A program made the position numbers and the translations under genes. The notes below the pieces were generated by a model. That model was not told where the DNA came from and did not search any database. It worked only from the letters and a program-made list of their open reading frames with translations. Shown piece by piece: positions 34,972-44,445 of a stretch of 64,000 nucleotides of DNA (within the stretch, counting starts at the first letter, position 1; every line of letters starts with the position of its first letter). The stretch spans positions 4,176 through 68,175 of the forward strand of contig JBBQRS010000009.1 of the NCBI GenBank assembly GCA_038214535.1. Direction: 5' to 3'. The DNA is from Anaerolineae bacterium. Lineage in GTDB: Bacteria; Chloroflexota; Anaerolineae; CG2-30-64-16.

Positions 34972-36015
34972 TCAGGCGAGGGCGAGTTGGGCCAGCAGCA
35001 CGTCCATCGCCTCGCGGTCCGTCATCTTGCCGGTCTTGATCGCCTCGTCGGCGGCCAGCACGTGTTCCAGCGCGCGCTGGAGGCCGGCAAAGGTGTGACG
35101 TGCGGCCTGGTTCAGTAGTTTGTTAGCCGTCCAGTCGGGAATCCCCAGCGCCTGCCCCACTTCCTGCGGGCGAGCCGCCCTGGCCTGCATCGCCTTCGCC
35201 TGAAGCAACAGCCGAAACTGCCGCGCGATCATCGTCAGGATGATAAGCGGTTGTTCGCCGTCAATATCGAGCATATGGCGCATCAGGCTTGCGGCGCGGC
35301 GCGTATCGCCCATTCCCAGCGAATCCACCAGGTCGAAAATGTTGGCGGCGCGGGTGGCGGCGACGAGCAGGCGCACGTCGGCGCGGGTGACCGTTCTTCC
35401 GGCGGCGTAATCGGTCAGCTTGATCAACTCCTGGTCGAGTTGACGCAGGTCGTCGCCCACGAATTCGGCCAGATCGTTGACGGCTTCACCGGCCAGTTTC
35501 AGCGTGTGCTGCGCCGCGCGCGCGCGAATCCAGCCGGTCAGGTCGTTGCGCCCCGGTTTCTGACACAACACGATGCGAGCCTGGTTGGATCGTTGCAGCT
35601 CCATGAGCCGGCGCAGCAGCGGCCCGCTGCCTACGGCGTCCTCCTCGATCAACACCAACTCGGTCGTCTCAGGGATCTGCTCGATGTATTCGATGAAGCG
35701 GCGCGCCTCGACGGCGGCGGAATCGGTAGAACCTGTGTCCTCTGCGTCTGTCTGATCCTCTCGCTTCGAGCCGCCCCGTGACTTGCGTGACCCCGCAAGC
35801 CGGCGCACCAACCCCTCGATGATGACCAGGCGATGCTCCGCCAAAAAGGGCAGGGTCTCGCAGACGTTCTCGATCTCGGCCAGGGTGGCCTTGCGCCCGT
35901 CAATCACGTGGGTATTGACTTCCAGAAAAGCGGGGTCGTCGCCCAGCCCGGCGCGCAGGCTCGCCAGCGCCTCGGTGCGCAACAACTCCGCCGGCCCGTG
36001 AATCAACGTAATCAC
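34972..36015 (-). CDS. holA: DNA polymerase III subunit delta.
   Basis: 'MITLIHGPAELLRTEA...', the typical HolA N-terminal and C-terminal domains, about 345 aa. Confidence 0.8.
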   Translation of the reverse strand: MITLIHGPAELLRTEALASLRAGLGDDPAFLEVNTHVIDGRKATLAEIENVCETLPFLAEHRLVIIEGLVRRLAGSRKSRGGSKREDQTDAEDTGSTDSAAVEARRFIEYIEQIPETTELVLIEEDAVGSGPLLRRLMELQRSNQARIVLCQKPGRNDLTGWIRARAAQHTLKLAGEAVNDLAEFVGDDLRQLDQELIKLTDYAAGRTVTRADVRLLVAATRAANIFDLVDSLGMGDTRRAASLMRHMLDIDGEQPLIILTMIARQFRLLLQAKAMQARAARPQEVGQALGIPDWTANKLLNQAARHTFAGLQRALEHVLAADEAIKTGKMTDREAMDVLLAQLALA

Positions 36016-36037
36016 CGAACCACCTCAATAAACGCCA

Positions 36038-36529
36038 TCAAGCTGAAATGACCACGCGGTGGCAAACGAGCGGGCCGGTGTCGCAGCGCTTCACGTCAAC
36101 GACGCGCAAGCCGCCGACCTGTGGCGAGGTGGTCACCTTCGCCTGCGCCAGCCGCCCCAGCGGCGGGGCCACCATCAGCGCGGCGGTCGCCGCCAGCACT
36201 GCGCCGGGGGCGCGATCCCACAGCGAACGTTTGCTATCTCCGGCGGTAAGCAAGACGGCCAGGCCGCTCAACACAGCCGCCGTCACGAGGTTGGTGCCGC
36301 AATTCGGGTGAACGGCCAACCGCGCCTCGCCGGCCTCCAACCGCGCCAGGGCCTCTTCAGCGGCGGCGCGCAGCTCCATCGTCGCCACGTCGCCGTAAAC
36401 GACGAATCCTCTGGAGTCGCTGCGCGCAAATAGCTGAACCTGCGGCGCATACCGGCTCAACAGGGTCAGGGTCGCATGTTCGATGCCATGATGCTGGCGC
36501 ACGGCTTGTACCCAGGAACGTTGCGTCAT
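36038..36529 (-). CDS. Conserved hypothetical protein.
   Basis: ORF of 163 aa with a GGGAGG Shine-Dalgarno 8 nt upstream. No recognisable motif. Confidence 0.5.
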   Translation of the reverse strand: MTQRSWVQAVRQHHGIEHATLTLLSRYAPQVQLFARSDSRGFVVYGDVATMELRAAAEEALARLEAGEARLAVHPNCGTNLVTAAVLSGLAVLLTAGDSKRSLWDRAPGAVLAATAALMVAPPLGRLAQAKVTTSPQVGGLRVVDVKRCDTGPLVCHRVVISA

Positions 36530-36556
36530 CGTTTAGGCCTCCCATATCCGCGGCGA

Positions 36557-36578
36557 CGCCCACGAGGGGCTAAACTAC
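36557..36578. repeat. Twenty-three-nt conserved intergenic motif, copy B (ACGCCCACGAGGGGCTAAACTAC).
   Basis: Matches the reverse complement of 22336-22358 at 22 of 23 positions. Confidence 0.6.
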
Positions 36579-36591
36579 CGGTGTCAATTTC

Positions 36592-37560
36592 TTAAGATTC
36601 TTCTGTGGGCGGCTTGCTCAACCAATCGCGCACCACATAGATCGGTTTATCCTGCGCCTCGTAATAGGTCCGCATCACCATTTCAGCCAACAGCCCCATG
36701 CTCAACATCTGAACCCCCACGATCACCAGCAAGATGGCGAGCATCAAGAGTGGGCGGTTGCCGATGTCCTGGCCCAGCACAAACTTGACGAAGGTGAGAA
36801 AGATACCGATGAGGATGCCCAGGCCGCCCATAATCAGCCCCAACCGGCCAAACACGTGGATGGGCCGGGTCGCATAGCCCAGCAGGAAGCGCACGGAGAT
36901 CAAGTCCAGCATCACGCGGAAGGTGCGGCCGATGCCGTATTTGCTCGCCCCGAACTTGCGGGCGCGGTCGTTCACCGGCACCTCGGCTACCTCGACGCCC
37001 ATCCAGCTTGCCAGCGCCGGGATGAACCGGTGCAACTCGCCGTACAGGTTGACGTTCTTTACGACTTCGCTCCGATAAGCCTTGAGCGAGCAGCCGTAAT
37101 CGTGGAGTGAGACGCCGGTCGCGCCGGAGATCATCCGGTTTGCCATCATCGAGGGCAGACGCCGGCTGAGGAACGGCTCCTTGCGATCTACCCGCCAGCC
37201 GCTGACGATATCGTATCCCCCTTCCTCCATCTTGGCGATCAACTTGGGGATGTCTTGCGGGTCGTTTTGCAGGTCAGCGTCGCTGGTGATCACGATGTCG
37301 CCCTGCGCGGCGGCAAACCCGGCGGCGAACCCGGCAGTCTGGCCGAAGTTGCGCCGGAAGCGGATGATCTGCCAGCGCGGGTCGCGCGCGTTGATCTCAC
37401 GCAACCGGTCGAAGCTGCCATCCTTGCTGCCGTCATCCACTACCACGACCTCGTAAGGCCGCCCGGTGGCTTCCAGCGCGGCAGTCAGTTCGTCGTAGAG
37501 CGCCGGAATGCTCTCGACTTCATTGTATAACGGAATAACGACGGAGATTTCAGGGTCCAT
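36592..37560 (-). CDS. GT2-family glycosyltransferase (dolichyl/polyprenyl-phosphate sugar synthase-like) with C-terminal TM helices.
   Basis: 'ISVVIPLYNE', 'VVVDDGSKDGS' and 'TSDADLQNDP' GT2 motifs plus two C-terminal TM helices. Start set at MDPEIS. Confidence 0.85.
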   Translation of the reverse strand: MDPEISVVIPLYNEVESIPALYDELTAALEATGRPYEVVVVDDGSKDGSFDRLREINARDPRWQIIRFRRNFGQTAGFAAGFAAAQGDIVITSDADLQNDPQDIPKLIAKMEEGGYDIVSGWRVDRKEPFLSRRLPSMMANRMISGATGVSLHDYGCSLKAYRSEVVKNVNLYGELHRFIPALASWMGVEVAEVPVNDRARKFGASKYGIGRTFRVMLDLISVRFLLGYATRPIHVFGRLGLIMGGLGILIGIFLTFVKFVLGQDIGNRPLLMLAILLVIVGVQMLSMGLLAEMVMRTYYEAQDKPIYVVRDWLSKPPTEES

Positions 37561-38557
37561 GTGCTTCTTCGCATCCGTGATGGGCGGCCGGCGCATCGGA
37601 ACCGCCGGTCGCCGGTTTGACTCGCGTGCGGCGAATCCCGCCGAAAAGGTAGATGATGCCGCCGAGCAGCCCGGTGGCGAGCGTGATGATATAGACGCCG
37701 AGCGACAGCGCGACCGCTTGCGCCTGGGGCACGCCGACCGAATCAAACAGCCCGGCGTAGGTCAGCTCGCGCACGCCAAGGCCGCCGAACGCGGGCAAGA
37801 GCAGGGTGACGGCGGTCAGCGGCACGAACACAAAATACGCGATCGGCGGCGCTTCGATGTGCAGGCCGCGCGCAATTGCCATGTTCCAGCCGACCTGCAA
37901 AAAGTTGAAGAGCAGCGAGATCACCAGCGCCTTGCCAAGCGTGCGCCGGTCATACGGGCGCACCGCGGCGGAGAACGACGGGATGCGCAGGGTCGAAACC
38001 GTCTTGCCCACCAGGCCGGGGCGCGTCGCCAGTTCATCCCACCAGGGCATTGCCAGCGCGACCGCGGCGATCAGCCCGGCCACAAAGAGCGCCGCCGTGA
38101 ACCAAAGCACCGCGGCCGGCGCAACGCCCGGCACAAGCAACCCCCCGATGACCCCCATCGCCAGCAATACCATCAGCCCCAGATAGCGATCCACCAGCAC
38201 GCTGTTGACCGCCACGTCGAGGCGCTGCGTGTCCTGCGCCAATTCGGCGACTCGCACGGCGTCGCCGCCGAAGCCGGTGGGCAGCACCATGTTGAAGAAG
38301 CTGCCGACGAAGTACCAGGCGCTCAGTTCGGCCAGCGAGCGCGGCATGTCCAGCGCATCCAGCAGGGTCTGCCAGCGCGCGGCCCGCACCACTACACCGA
38401 GGACGAACATGCCCCACGCCAGCGCCAGCCAGCCCGGCTCGATGCGTCGGAGGGCCTCGGTCACTTCGGTCCAGTGAACCTGCCGCAGGATAATGGTCAA
38501 CAGCGCGACGCTGATGACCACCTGAAGCGCGCCGCGGAGGCGCTTGCGGGTAATCAT
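37550..38557 (-). CDS. Flippase-like UPF0104 / LPG_synthase_TM-domain membrane protein, paralog 2.
   Basis: 'NMVLPTGFGGDAVRV' and eight TM helices. Eleven-nt overlap with the downstream GT2 gene. Confidence 0.7.
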   Translation of the reverse strand: MITRKRLRGALQVVISVALLTIILRQVHWTEVTEALRRIEPGWLALAWGMFVLGVVVRAARWQTLLDALDMPRSLAELSAWYFVGSFFNMVLPTGFGGDAVRVAELAQDTQRLDVAVNSVLVDRYLGLMVLLAMGVIGGLLVPGVAPAAVLWFTAALFVAGLIAAVALAMPWWDELATRPGLVGKTVSTLRIPSFSAAVRPYDRRTLGKALVISLLFNFLQVGWNMAIARGLHIEAPPIAYFVFVPLTAVTLLLPAFGGLGVRELTYAGLFDSVGVPQAQAVALSLGVYIITLATGLLGGIIYLFGGIRRTRVKPATGGSDAPAAHHGCEEAHGP

Positions 38558-38566
38558 GGATGTGAG

Positions 38567-41050
38567 TTAACGCTGAACCATTTTGGCAACGGTCACGCCT
38601 TCGCCGCCTTCGCTGTTCTCGCCAGCGCGATATTCGCTGACCAGCGGGTGGCCGCGCAGTTGGTCGCGCACGGCCTGGCGCAGCGCGCCCGTGCCCTTGC
38701 CGTGAATCAGCCGGACAAACGGCAATCCGGCCAGATACGCCGTGTCGAGGTAGCGATCCAACTCCATCAGCATATCATCTACCGTCAGGCCGCGCAGGTC
38801 GAGTTCCATGCCCGGATTCGCGGCTTTCGGCAGCGACCCCGCGGATTGAACCGCTTGAATCGCCGGCAGTTCGCCGCGCTGTTGCAACTCTACCCGGTTG
38901 CGTCCCAGCTTGACCCGGAACGAACCGATCTTGACCTCCACTTCGTTCTGGCCCACGGCCGCGATTTCGCCGCTGGCCTGGAGCGACGGCACCCACACCC
39001 GGTCGCCGGGCAGCAGCGGCCCATCCACGATGATCGGCTCGGTGGCTTTGGCGCGCGGCAACGGGCGCACTTCCTCGGCGCGCTTTGCCATGATGGCTTC
39101 CGCCTCGGCCAACCAGGTCTCATGCCGGCTGGTCCCTCTGGGCGCGGCTTCGACCGGCCCCAACCCGGCCAGCCGCTCGCGCGTCCCTTCGATCTCCTCG
39201 CGAATCGCGTCTAACTCGGCCTGCGCCTGCGTCCTGGCTTCGTCCAGCACGCCCCGGCGCGCTTCTTCGACGCCCGCCAGTCGGAACTGAAGGTCTGCGC
39301 GCAACGCTTCGGAGCGACGCAGGTTCGCCTTCGCGTCCGACTCAGCCGTCAGCGCCGCCTCGCGCGAACGCTTGATCTCCGCCAGCATCGTCTCGACTTC
39401 CATGGATTGCGGTGAGACGAGCGCCTCGGCCTGAGACACGATCGAGGATGGCAAGCCCAGCCGTTGCGCGATCGCCAGCGCGTTCGAGCGCCCCGGCAGG
39501 CCGATGCTCAACCGGTAGGTCGGGCTGAGCGTCTCGATGTCGAACTCGACGCTCGCGTTGGCGACGTAGGGCGTGTTGTGCGCGAAGACTTTGATCTCGG
39601 AATAATGCGTGGTCGCCACGGTGGTGATGCTGCGCGCCAGCAGCGTATTGAGCAAGGCCTGCGCCAACGCCGCGCCCTCTTCGGGGTCTGTCCCCGCGCC
39701 CAACTCATCCAACAGCACCAGCGACCGCGAATCGGCCCGGTCGAGGATGTCCACGATGTGCGTCATGTGCGACGAGAAGGTGGAGAGACTCTGCTCGATG
39801 CTCTGCTCGTCGCCGATGTCCGCGAATACATCCTCGAACACTGTCAGCGCGGAGCCGTCCGCGGCGGGGATCGAGAGGCCGGCCTGCGCCATGAGGGTCA
39901 GCAGCCCGGTGGTCTTCAGACTCACCGTCTTGCCGCCGGTGTTCGGTCCGGTGATGACGATGATGAAATAGTCGGCGTCGGTGTAAATGTCTACCGGCAC
40001 CACAGTGAGCGGATTCAGCAGCGGGTGGCGCGCCTTGATAAGCTTGATGAGGCTGCCCGGGTGATGGACGTTTGGCGCAACGTCCTCTGTGACTTCCGAC
40101 GCAGACTCAGCAGCCTTGCGCGCGCCGCGCGCCGGACGAGCGTGTGCGACCGTGGGCGCCTTAAAAGGCAAAAGCTCCGGCTCGACGCCGCGCAACTCGC
40201 TGCCGTAGCGCGCCTTGGCGAAGATCAGGTCGAGATCGCCCAGCGCTACGATGGTGCGCTGGATCGCTCCGCCCGACTGTGCCACCAGTTCGGTGAGTTG
40301 CGCCAGGATGCGGCGGATTTCCTCTTCCTCGGCCAGTTGCGCCTCGCGCCACTTGTTGTTCAACTCAACCACGGCCAGCGGCTCGATGAACAACGTCGCC
40401 CCGCTCCCCGATTGGTCGTGAACCAACCCCGGAATGCGGCCCTTGAACTCAGCGCGGAGCGGGATCACATAACGCCCCTGCCGCTGCGTAACGATGGCCT
40501 CTTGCAGGTATTGCGACGTGCCGGATGAACTGACGTAACGCTGGAGCCGGTCCATCAGCTTGTTGTGGGCGTCGCGCAACTCGCGCCGCACGCGCGCCAG
40601 GGTGTCGCTGGCATTGTCCAGCACCTCGCCGCGCTCGTCAATGCAGCGCGTGATCTCGTCAATCAGGCCCTGCGGCACAGAGATGCGCCCCGCGACATCG
40701 GCCAGGTAGGGGAACTGGTCATCCAGCCGAGTCAACGTGCGGTGCAGCGCTTTCGCGCGTTGCAATGTGCTGCGCACCTCGATGAGGTCCATCGGCAACA
40801 GCGGGCTGCCGCGCAACGCCTGCTCAACCCGCGGCCGCACGTCGTGGACGCCACCCAGGTGTACGTCGCTCTTCTCTTCGAGCAACCGCCGCCCCTCGCG
40901 GGTCTCTTCCTGCCATTCCTGCGCCTGCCGCAGGTCATCGGTCGGCTCCAGCGCCAGGGCGCGCTCGACCCCCAGCGAGAAGGAGGCAAAGCCGGCCAGC
41001 CGGTCGCGAATCTTATCGAATTCCAGGACGCGTAACGCTCTCGGATCCAT
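38567..41050 (-). CDS. mutS2: Endonuclease MutS2 (MutS domains III-V plus a Smr domain).
   Basis: 'ITGPNTGGKTVSLKTTGLL' Walker A, 'LVLLDELGAGTDP', and the C-terminal Smr domain 'LDLRGLTVDD...RLIHGKGTGALR'. Confidence 0.9.
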   Translation of the reverse strand: MDPRALRVLEFDKIRDRLAGFASFSLGVERALALEPTDDLRQAQEWQEETREGRRLLEEKSDVHLGGVHDVRPRVEQALRGSPLLPMDLIEVRSTLQRAKALHRTLTRLDDQFPYLADVAGRISVPQGLIDEITRCIDERGEVLDNASDTLARVRRELRDAHNKLMDRLQRYVSSSGTSQYLQEAIVTQRQGRYVIPLRAEFKGRIPGLVHDQSGSGATLFIEPLAVVELNNKWREAQLAEEEEIRRILAQLTELVAQSGGAIQRTIVALGDLDLIFAKARYGSELRGVEPELLPFKAPTVAHARPARGARKAAESASEVTEDVAPNVHHPGSLIKLIKARHPLLNPLTVVPVDIYTDADYFIIVITGPNTGGKTVSLKTTGLLTLMAQAGLSIPAADGSALTVFEDVFADIGDEQSIEQSLSTFSSHMTHIVDILDRADSRSLVLLDELGAGTDPEEGAALAQALLNTLLARSITTVATTHYSEIKVFAHNTPYVANASVEFDIETLSPTYRLSIGLPGRSNALAIAQRLGLPSSIVSQAEALVSPQSMEVETMLAEIKRSREAALTAESDAKANLRRSEALRADLQFRLAGVEEARRGVLDEARTQAQAELDAIREEIEGTRERLAGLGPVEAAPRGTSRHETWLAEAEAIMAKRAEEVRPLPRAKATEPIIVDGPLLPGDRVWVPSLQASGEIAAVGQNEVEVKIGSFRVKLGRNRVELQQRGELPAIQAVQSAGSLPKAANPGMELDLRGLTVDDMLMELDRYLDTAYLAGLPFVRLIHGKGTGALRQAVRDQLRGHPLVSEYRAGENSEGGEGVTVAKMVQR

Positions 41051-41209
41051 GCAATGGAGTATAGCATACCCGCGAGAGCGCCGAAAACGACGAACCGGTC
41101 ATTGAAAGCAGGTTCGTAGCGCGCGCTCCTGAGCGCCGGGGACGGCGCGCTACGAACCTTTTGTGAAAACCATCTGGCGCAGGGCGCAAGATTCGTGTAA
41201 AATTGCGCC

Positions 41210-44110
41210 ATGTCCGATCTCGCCCTGTTCATTCCCATCCTGTTGCCCCTGCTGGGCGCATTGCTGGCCGCGCTCTATGGTCTTCCAGGAGTCAATCGGC
41301 GTTTGTCGCTGCGGGGCGTGTGTTGGGCGCTTGCCGTCCTCCCGTTGATCTCGTTCCTGTTCCTGCTGGGTCGTGTCGCCGATGTCAACGCGGCCGGCCC
41401 GCAGACCTTCCGCGTTGCCTGGATTCCCTCGCTGGGCGTCAATTTCTCTCTGTGGCTGGATAGCTTGAGCCTGCTGTTTTTGCTGCTGGTGTCGGGCATC
41501 GGCGCGCTGGTGGTCGTCTACAGCGGGTATTATTTCTCCGCGGGCAGCGAGTGGCGCTTCCTGACCTACTTGTTCCTGTTCATGACCGCCATGTCCGGCA
41601 TCCTGCTGGCGGGCGACGTTGTGACGCTGTTCCTCTTCTGGGAAGGCACCAGCGTCACATCGTTCCTCCTGATTGCCTACAAGACTTCGGATGCGGCGGC
41701 GCGGCGCGGCGCGTTCAAGTCGCTCTTCATCACGGGCGGCGGCGGCGTGGCGATGCTCGCCGGGTTGCTGTTCACGGCCTCGGTGGCGGGCGGGCTGGAT
41801 TTCGCCACGATCCTCGCCAGCGGCGACGTGTTGCGCAGCAGCCCGATCTACCCGGTGATGCTGGCGCTGGTGGCGTTCGGCGCGTTCACCAAGAGCGCGC
41901 AAGCCCCGGCGCACATCTGGCTGCCAGACGGGATGTCGGCCCCCACTCCGGCCAGCGCCTATCTCCATTCCGCCACGATGGTGAAGGCCGGCATCTACCT
42001 GATGGCGCGCATGAACCCGGCGCTGGGACAGACCGAGTTATGGTTCTGGCTGCTCACCGGCTTCGGGCTGTTCACCATGATGCTCGGCGCGTTCGTCGGC
42101 CTGAAGCAACGTGATCTCAAGGCCCTGCTGGCCTACTCGACCATCAGCCAGCTCGGCGTGATGATGATGCTTATCGGCGATGACACGTCTGCCGCCTTCA
42201 AAGCGCTGGTGGTGAGTGTGGTGGCGCACGCATTGTACAAGAGCGCGCTCTTTCTTGTCGTTGGCATCATTGACCACGAAACGGGCACGCGCAATGTCTA
42301 CCGGCTGGGCGGGCTGCGTGCATCTATGCCGCGCACGATGGTGGTCGCGACCGTGGCCGCGCTCTCGATGGCCGGTCTGCCGCCCATGTTCGGCTTCCTC
42401 GCCAAGGAGACTTTGTTGGCCTCGGTGACGCACCCCTCGATGCCGCCGGTGCTGGGCAGCATCCTCGTCGGCGGCGTTCTGTTTGCCGCGGCCTTCCTCT
42501 TTGCCCAGGCCGGCACGCTGATTTGGGATACGTTCATGGGGAAACCGCGCGACCCGGAGGTTCACGGCCACGAACCGCCGGTCTGGATGCTGCTGATGCC
42601 GGCGGTCCCGGCCCTGCTGTCGCTGACGCTGGGTCTGCTGCCCGAGCCGAAGGCGCTGGCCGAATTCATATCGCGCGCTGCCGAGGCGGCCTATGGCGGC
42701 CAGGTCAAGGTGTCGCTGGCGCTGTGGGCAGGGATTACGCCGCCACTCGTCCTGAGCATTATCGCCATCGCCGGCGGCTTCGTGATCTGGCTCAACCGGG
42801 GTCGCGTCATCGCCTGGCAGGGCGGCTTCGCCGATCGGTTCTCGGCCAACCGGCTTTACGATGGGACGCTGAGCCTGCTGGATCGCACCGCGGGACTGGC
42901 GCTGCGCACGCAAGACGGCCACCTGCGGCATTACCTTGCGACCATCCTGATTGGCGCGGGCGCGTTGATCGTCCTGCTGGGCGAGATCCCGCAGACGGCA
43001 TCCGCGCTGACCTTCGGCCCGCCCGCCGAATTGCCCCTGTTGCGCGTCTTCGCGCTGGCGCTGGCCGCCGCTTCCGCCGCGGCTTCGATCATCCTGCGCC
43101 GCGACTTTTTCGCGATCCTGGCGCTCAGCACCTCCGGCCTCAGCATCGCGCTATTGATGCTATTACAGCCCGCGCCCGACGTGGCACTGGTGCAGGTGGT
43201 GGTTGACCTGCTCAGCGTGGTGGTGCTGACGCTGGCGCTGACCATCATCCCGCGCGAACAGCTCATGCGCGCAACCCTGCTCACCTACCGGCAAAGTCGC
43301 CCCGAGTTGTTCCGCGACATCGCGATTGCGGTGGGCGCGGGCTTTGTGATGACCTCCGTGAGCCTCTTCTCTCTGACGTCGCGGCCGCGCGCTTCGGTCG
43401 TTACCCCCTACTACGAGGCAGGCGCGAAACCGCTCACCGGCGCGGCCGATATCGTCGGCGCGATCGTGGTGGATTTCCGCGGGTTCGATACGCTGGTCGA
43501 AATCACCGTCTTCGCCATGGCCGGCATCGGGATGTACACCCTGATCCGTTACGCGATGCACCATGACGCAGCGTCATTCGCCACAACGGTGCGCGCCCAG
43601 TTGCGCAAAGGGGTAGCTCAACCGGACGCCGCCCCCGCGCACACCGTCTTCGGCATTGACGGGATGCCTACGTCGTCGTTGATACACCTGCTGGCGTATG
43701 TTCTCCTGCCGGTGATGATGGTCCTCGGCGCGACGCAAGTGATGTATGGGCACGACCAGCCGGGCGACGGCTTCACGGCGGGGGTGATCATCAGCCTTGC
43801 CATCGCGTTCTGGTACGTCGTCTTCGGCTATCAGGAGACGCGCCGCAAACTGCGATGGCTCAAATCGTCGCTCCTGGTGGGCCTGGGCCTGTTGCTGCAA
43901 ACCGTCAACGCATCCCTGACCGCGCTGTTCACGGGATCGTTCTTCAGCCATGTAGATTATGGCGCATTGGTTGGTCTGCCGCTGCCCAAAGGTTTTAACT
44001 TCAGTTCATCCTTTATCTTCGAACTCGCGATTTGCATCACGGTGCTGGGCGGCGCGACCTTGATCCTGGGCGCGCTTGGCCACCCGACCGACCCACCGGT
44101 GGAGGGATAG
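41210..44110 (+). CDS. mrpA: Na+/H+ antiporter subunit A fused to subunit B (MrpA/MnhA, 966 aa).
   Basis: NuoL-like multi-TM protein with a C-terminal MrpB-like extension. First gene of the mrp cluster. Confidence 0.85.
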   Translation: MSDLALFIPILLPLLGALLAALYGLPGVNRRLSLRGVCWALAVLPLISFLFLLGRVADVNAAGPQTFRVAWIPSLGVNFSLWLDSLSLLFLLLVSGIGALVVVYSGYYFSAGSEWRFLTYLFLFMTAMSGILLAGDVVTLFLFWEGTSVTSFLLIAYKTSDAAARRGAFKSLFITGGGGVAMLAGLLFTASVAGGLDFATILASGDVLRSSPIYPVMLALVAFGAFTKSAQAPAHIWLPDGMSAPTPASAYLHSATMVKAGIYLMARMNPALGQTELWFWLLTGFGLFTMMLGAFVGLKQRDLKALLAYSTISQLGVMMMLIGDDTSAAFKALVVSVVAHALYKSALFLVVGIIDHETGTRNVYRLGGLRASMPRTMVVATVAALSMAGLPPMFGFLAKETLLASVTHPSMPPVLGSILVGGVLFAAAFLFAQAGTLIWDTFMGKPRDPEVHGHEPPVWMLLMPAVPALLSLTLGLLPEPKALAEFISRAAEAAYGGQVKVSLALWAGITPPLVLSIIAIAGGFVIWLNRGRVIAWQGGFADRFSANRLYDGTLSLLDRTAGLALRTQDGHLRHYLATILIGAGALIVLLGEIPQTASALTFGPPAELPLLRVFALALAAASAAASIILRRDFFAILALSTSGLSIALLMLLQPAPDVALVQVVVDLLSVVVLTLALTIIPREQLMRATLLTYRQSRPELFRDIAIAVGAGFVMTSVSLFSLTSRPRASVVTPYYEAGAKPLTGAADIVGAIVVDFRGFDTLVEITVFAMAGIGMYTLIRYAMHHDAASFATTVRAQLRKGVAQPDAAPAHTVFGIDGMPTSSLIHLLAYVLLPVMMVLGATQVMYGHDQPGDGFTAGVIISLAIAFWYVVFGYQETRRKLRWLKSSLLVGLGLLLQTVNASLTALFTGSFFSHVDYGALVGLPLPKGFNFSSSFIFELAICITVLGGATLILGALGHPTDPPVEG

Positions 44111-44112
44111 GC

Positions 44113-44445
44113 ATGGATTTGTTACAGGCGTTAGCCATCGGCGTGATGTTCGGCGTAGGCGTCTTCCAACTGCTGCGCCGCAACGTCATTCGCACCGCCA
44201 TCGGCATGTTGATCCTCTCGAACGCCGTGAACCTGTTCCTGTTGACCGCCGGCGCGTATGACGGCATCGTGGACGCCTACACCAATCTCGCCGGCCAGCG
44301 CAGCGACGCGTTGCCGCAGGCGCTCGTCCTCACCGCCATCGTCATCAGCCTGGCGGGTTTCTCGTTTGTGCTGGCCCTGCTCTACGCGATTTCAATGCGT
44401 CTGGGCACGGCCGATTCCGATGAGATGGACCGGCTAAAACATTGA
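44113..44445 (+). CDS. mrpC: Na+/H+ antiporter subunit C (NuoK-like).
   Basis: Three-TM protein of 110 aa; start at MDLLQALAIG. Confidence 0.8.
   Translation: MDLLQALAIGVMFGVGVFQLLRRNVIRTAIGMLILSNAVNLFLLTAGAYDGIVDAYTNLAGQRSDALPQALVLTAIVISLAGFSFVLALLYAISMRLGTADSDEMDRLKH

Noticed and set aside
37508-39214. 568-aa plus-strand ORF, and 39464-40528 plus-strand ORF.
   Set aside because: They are antisense to the flippase-like and mutS2 genes and are low-complexity Arg/His-rich.
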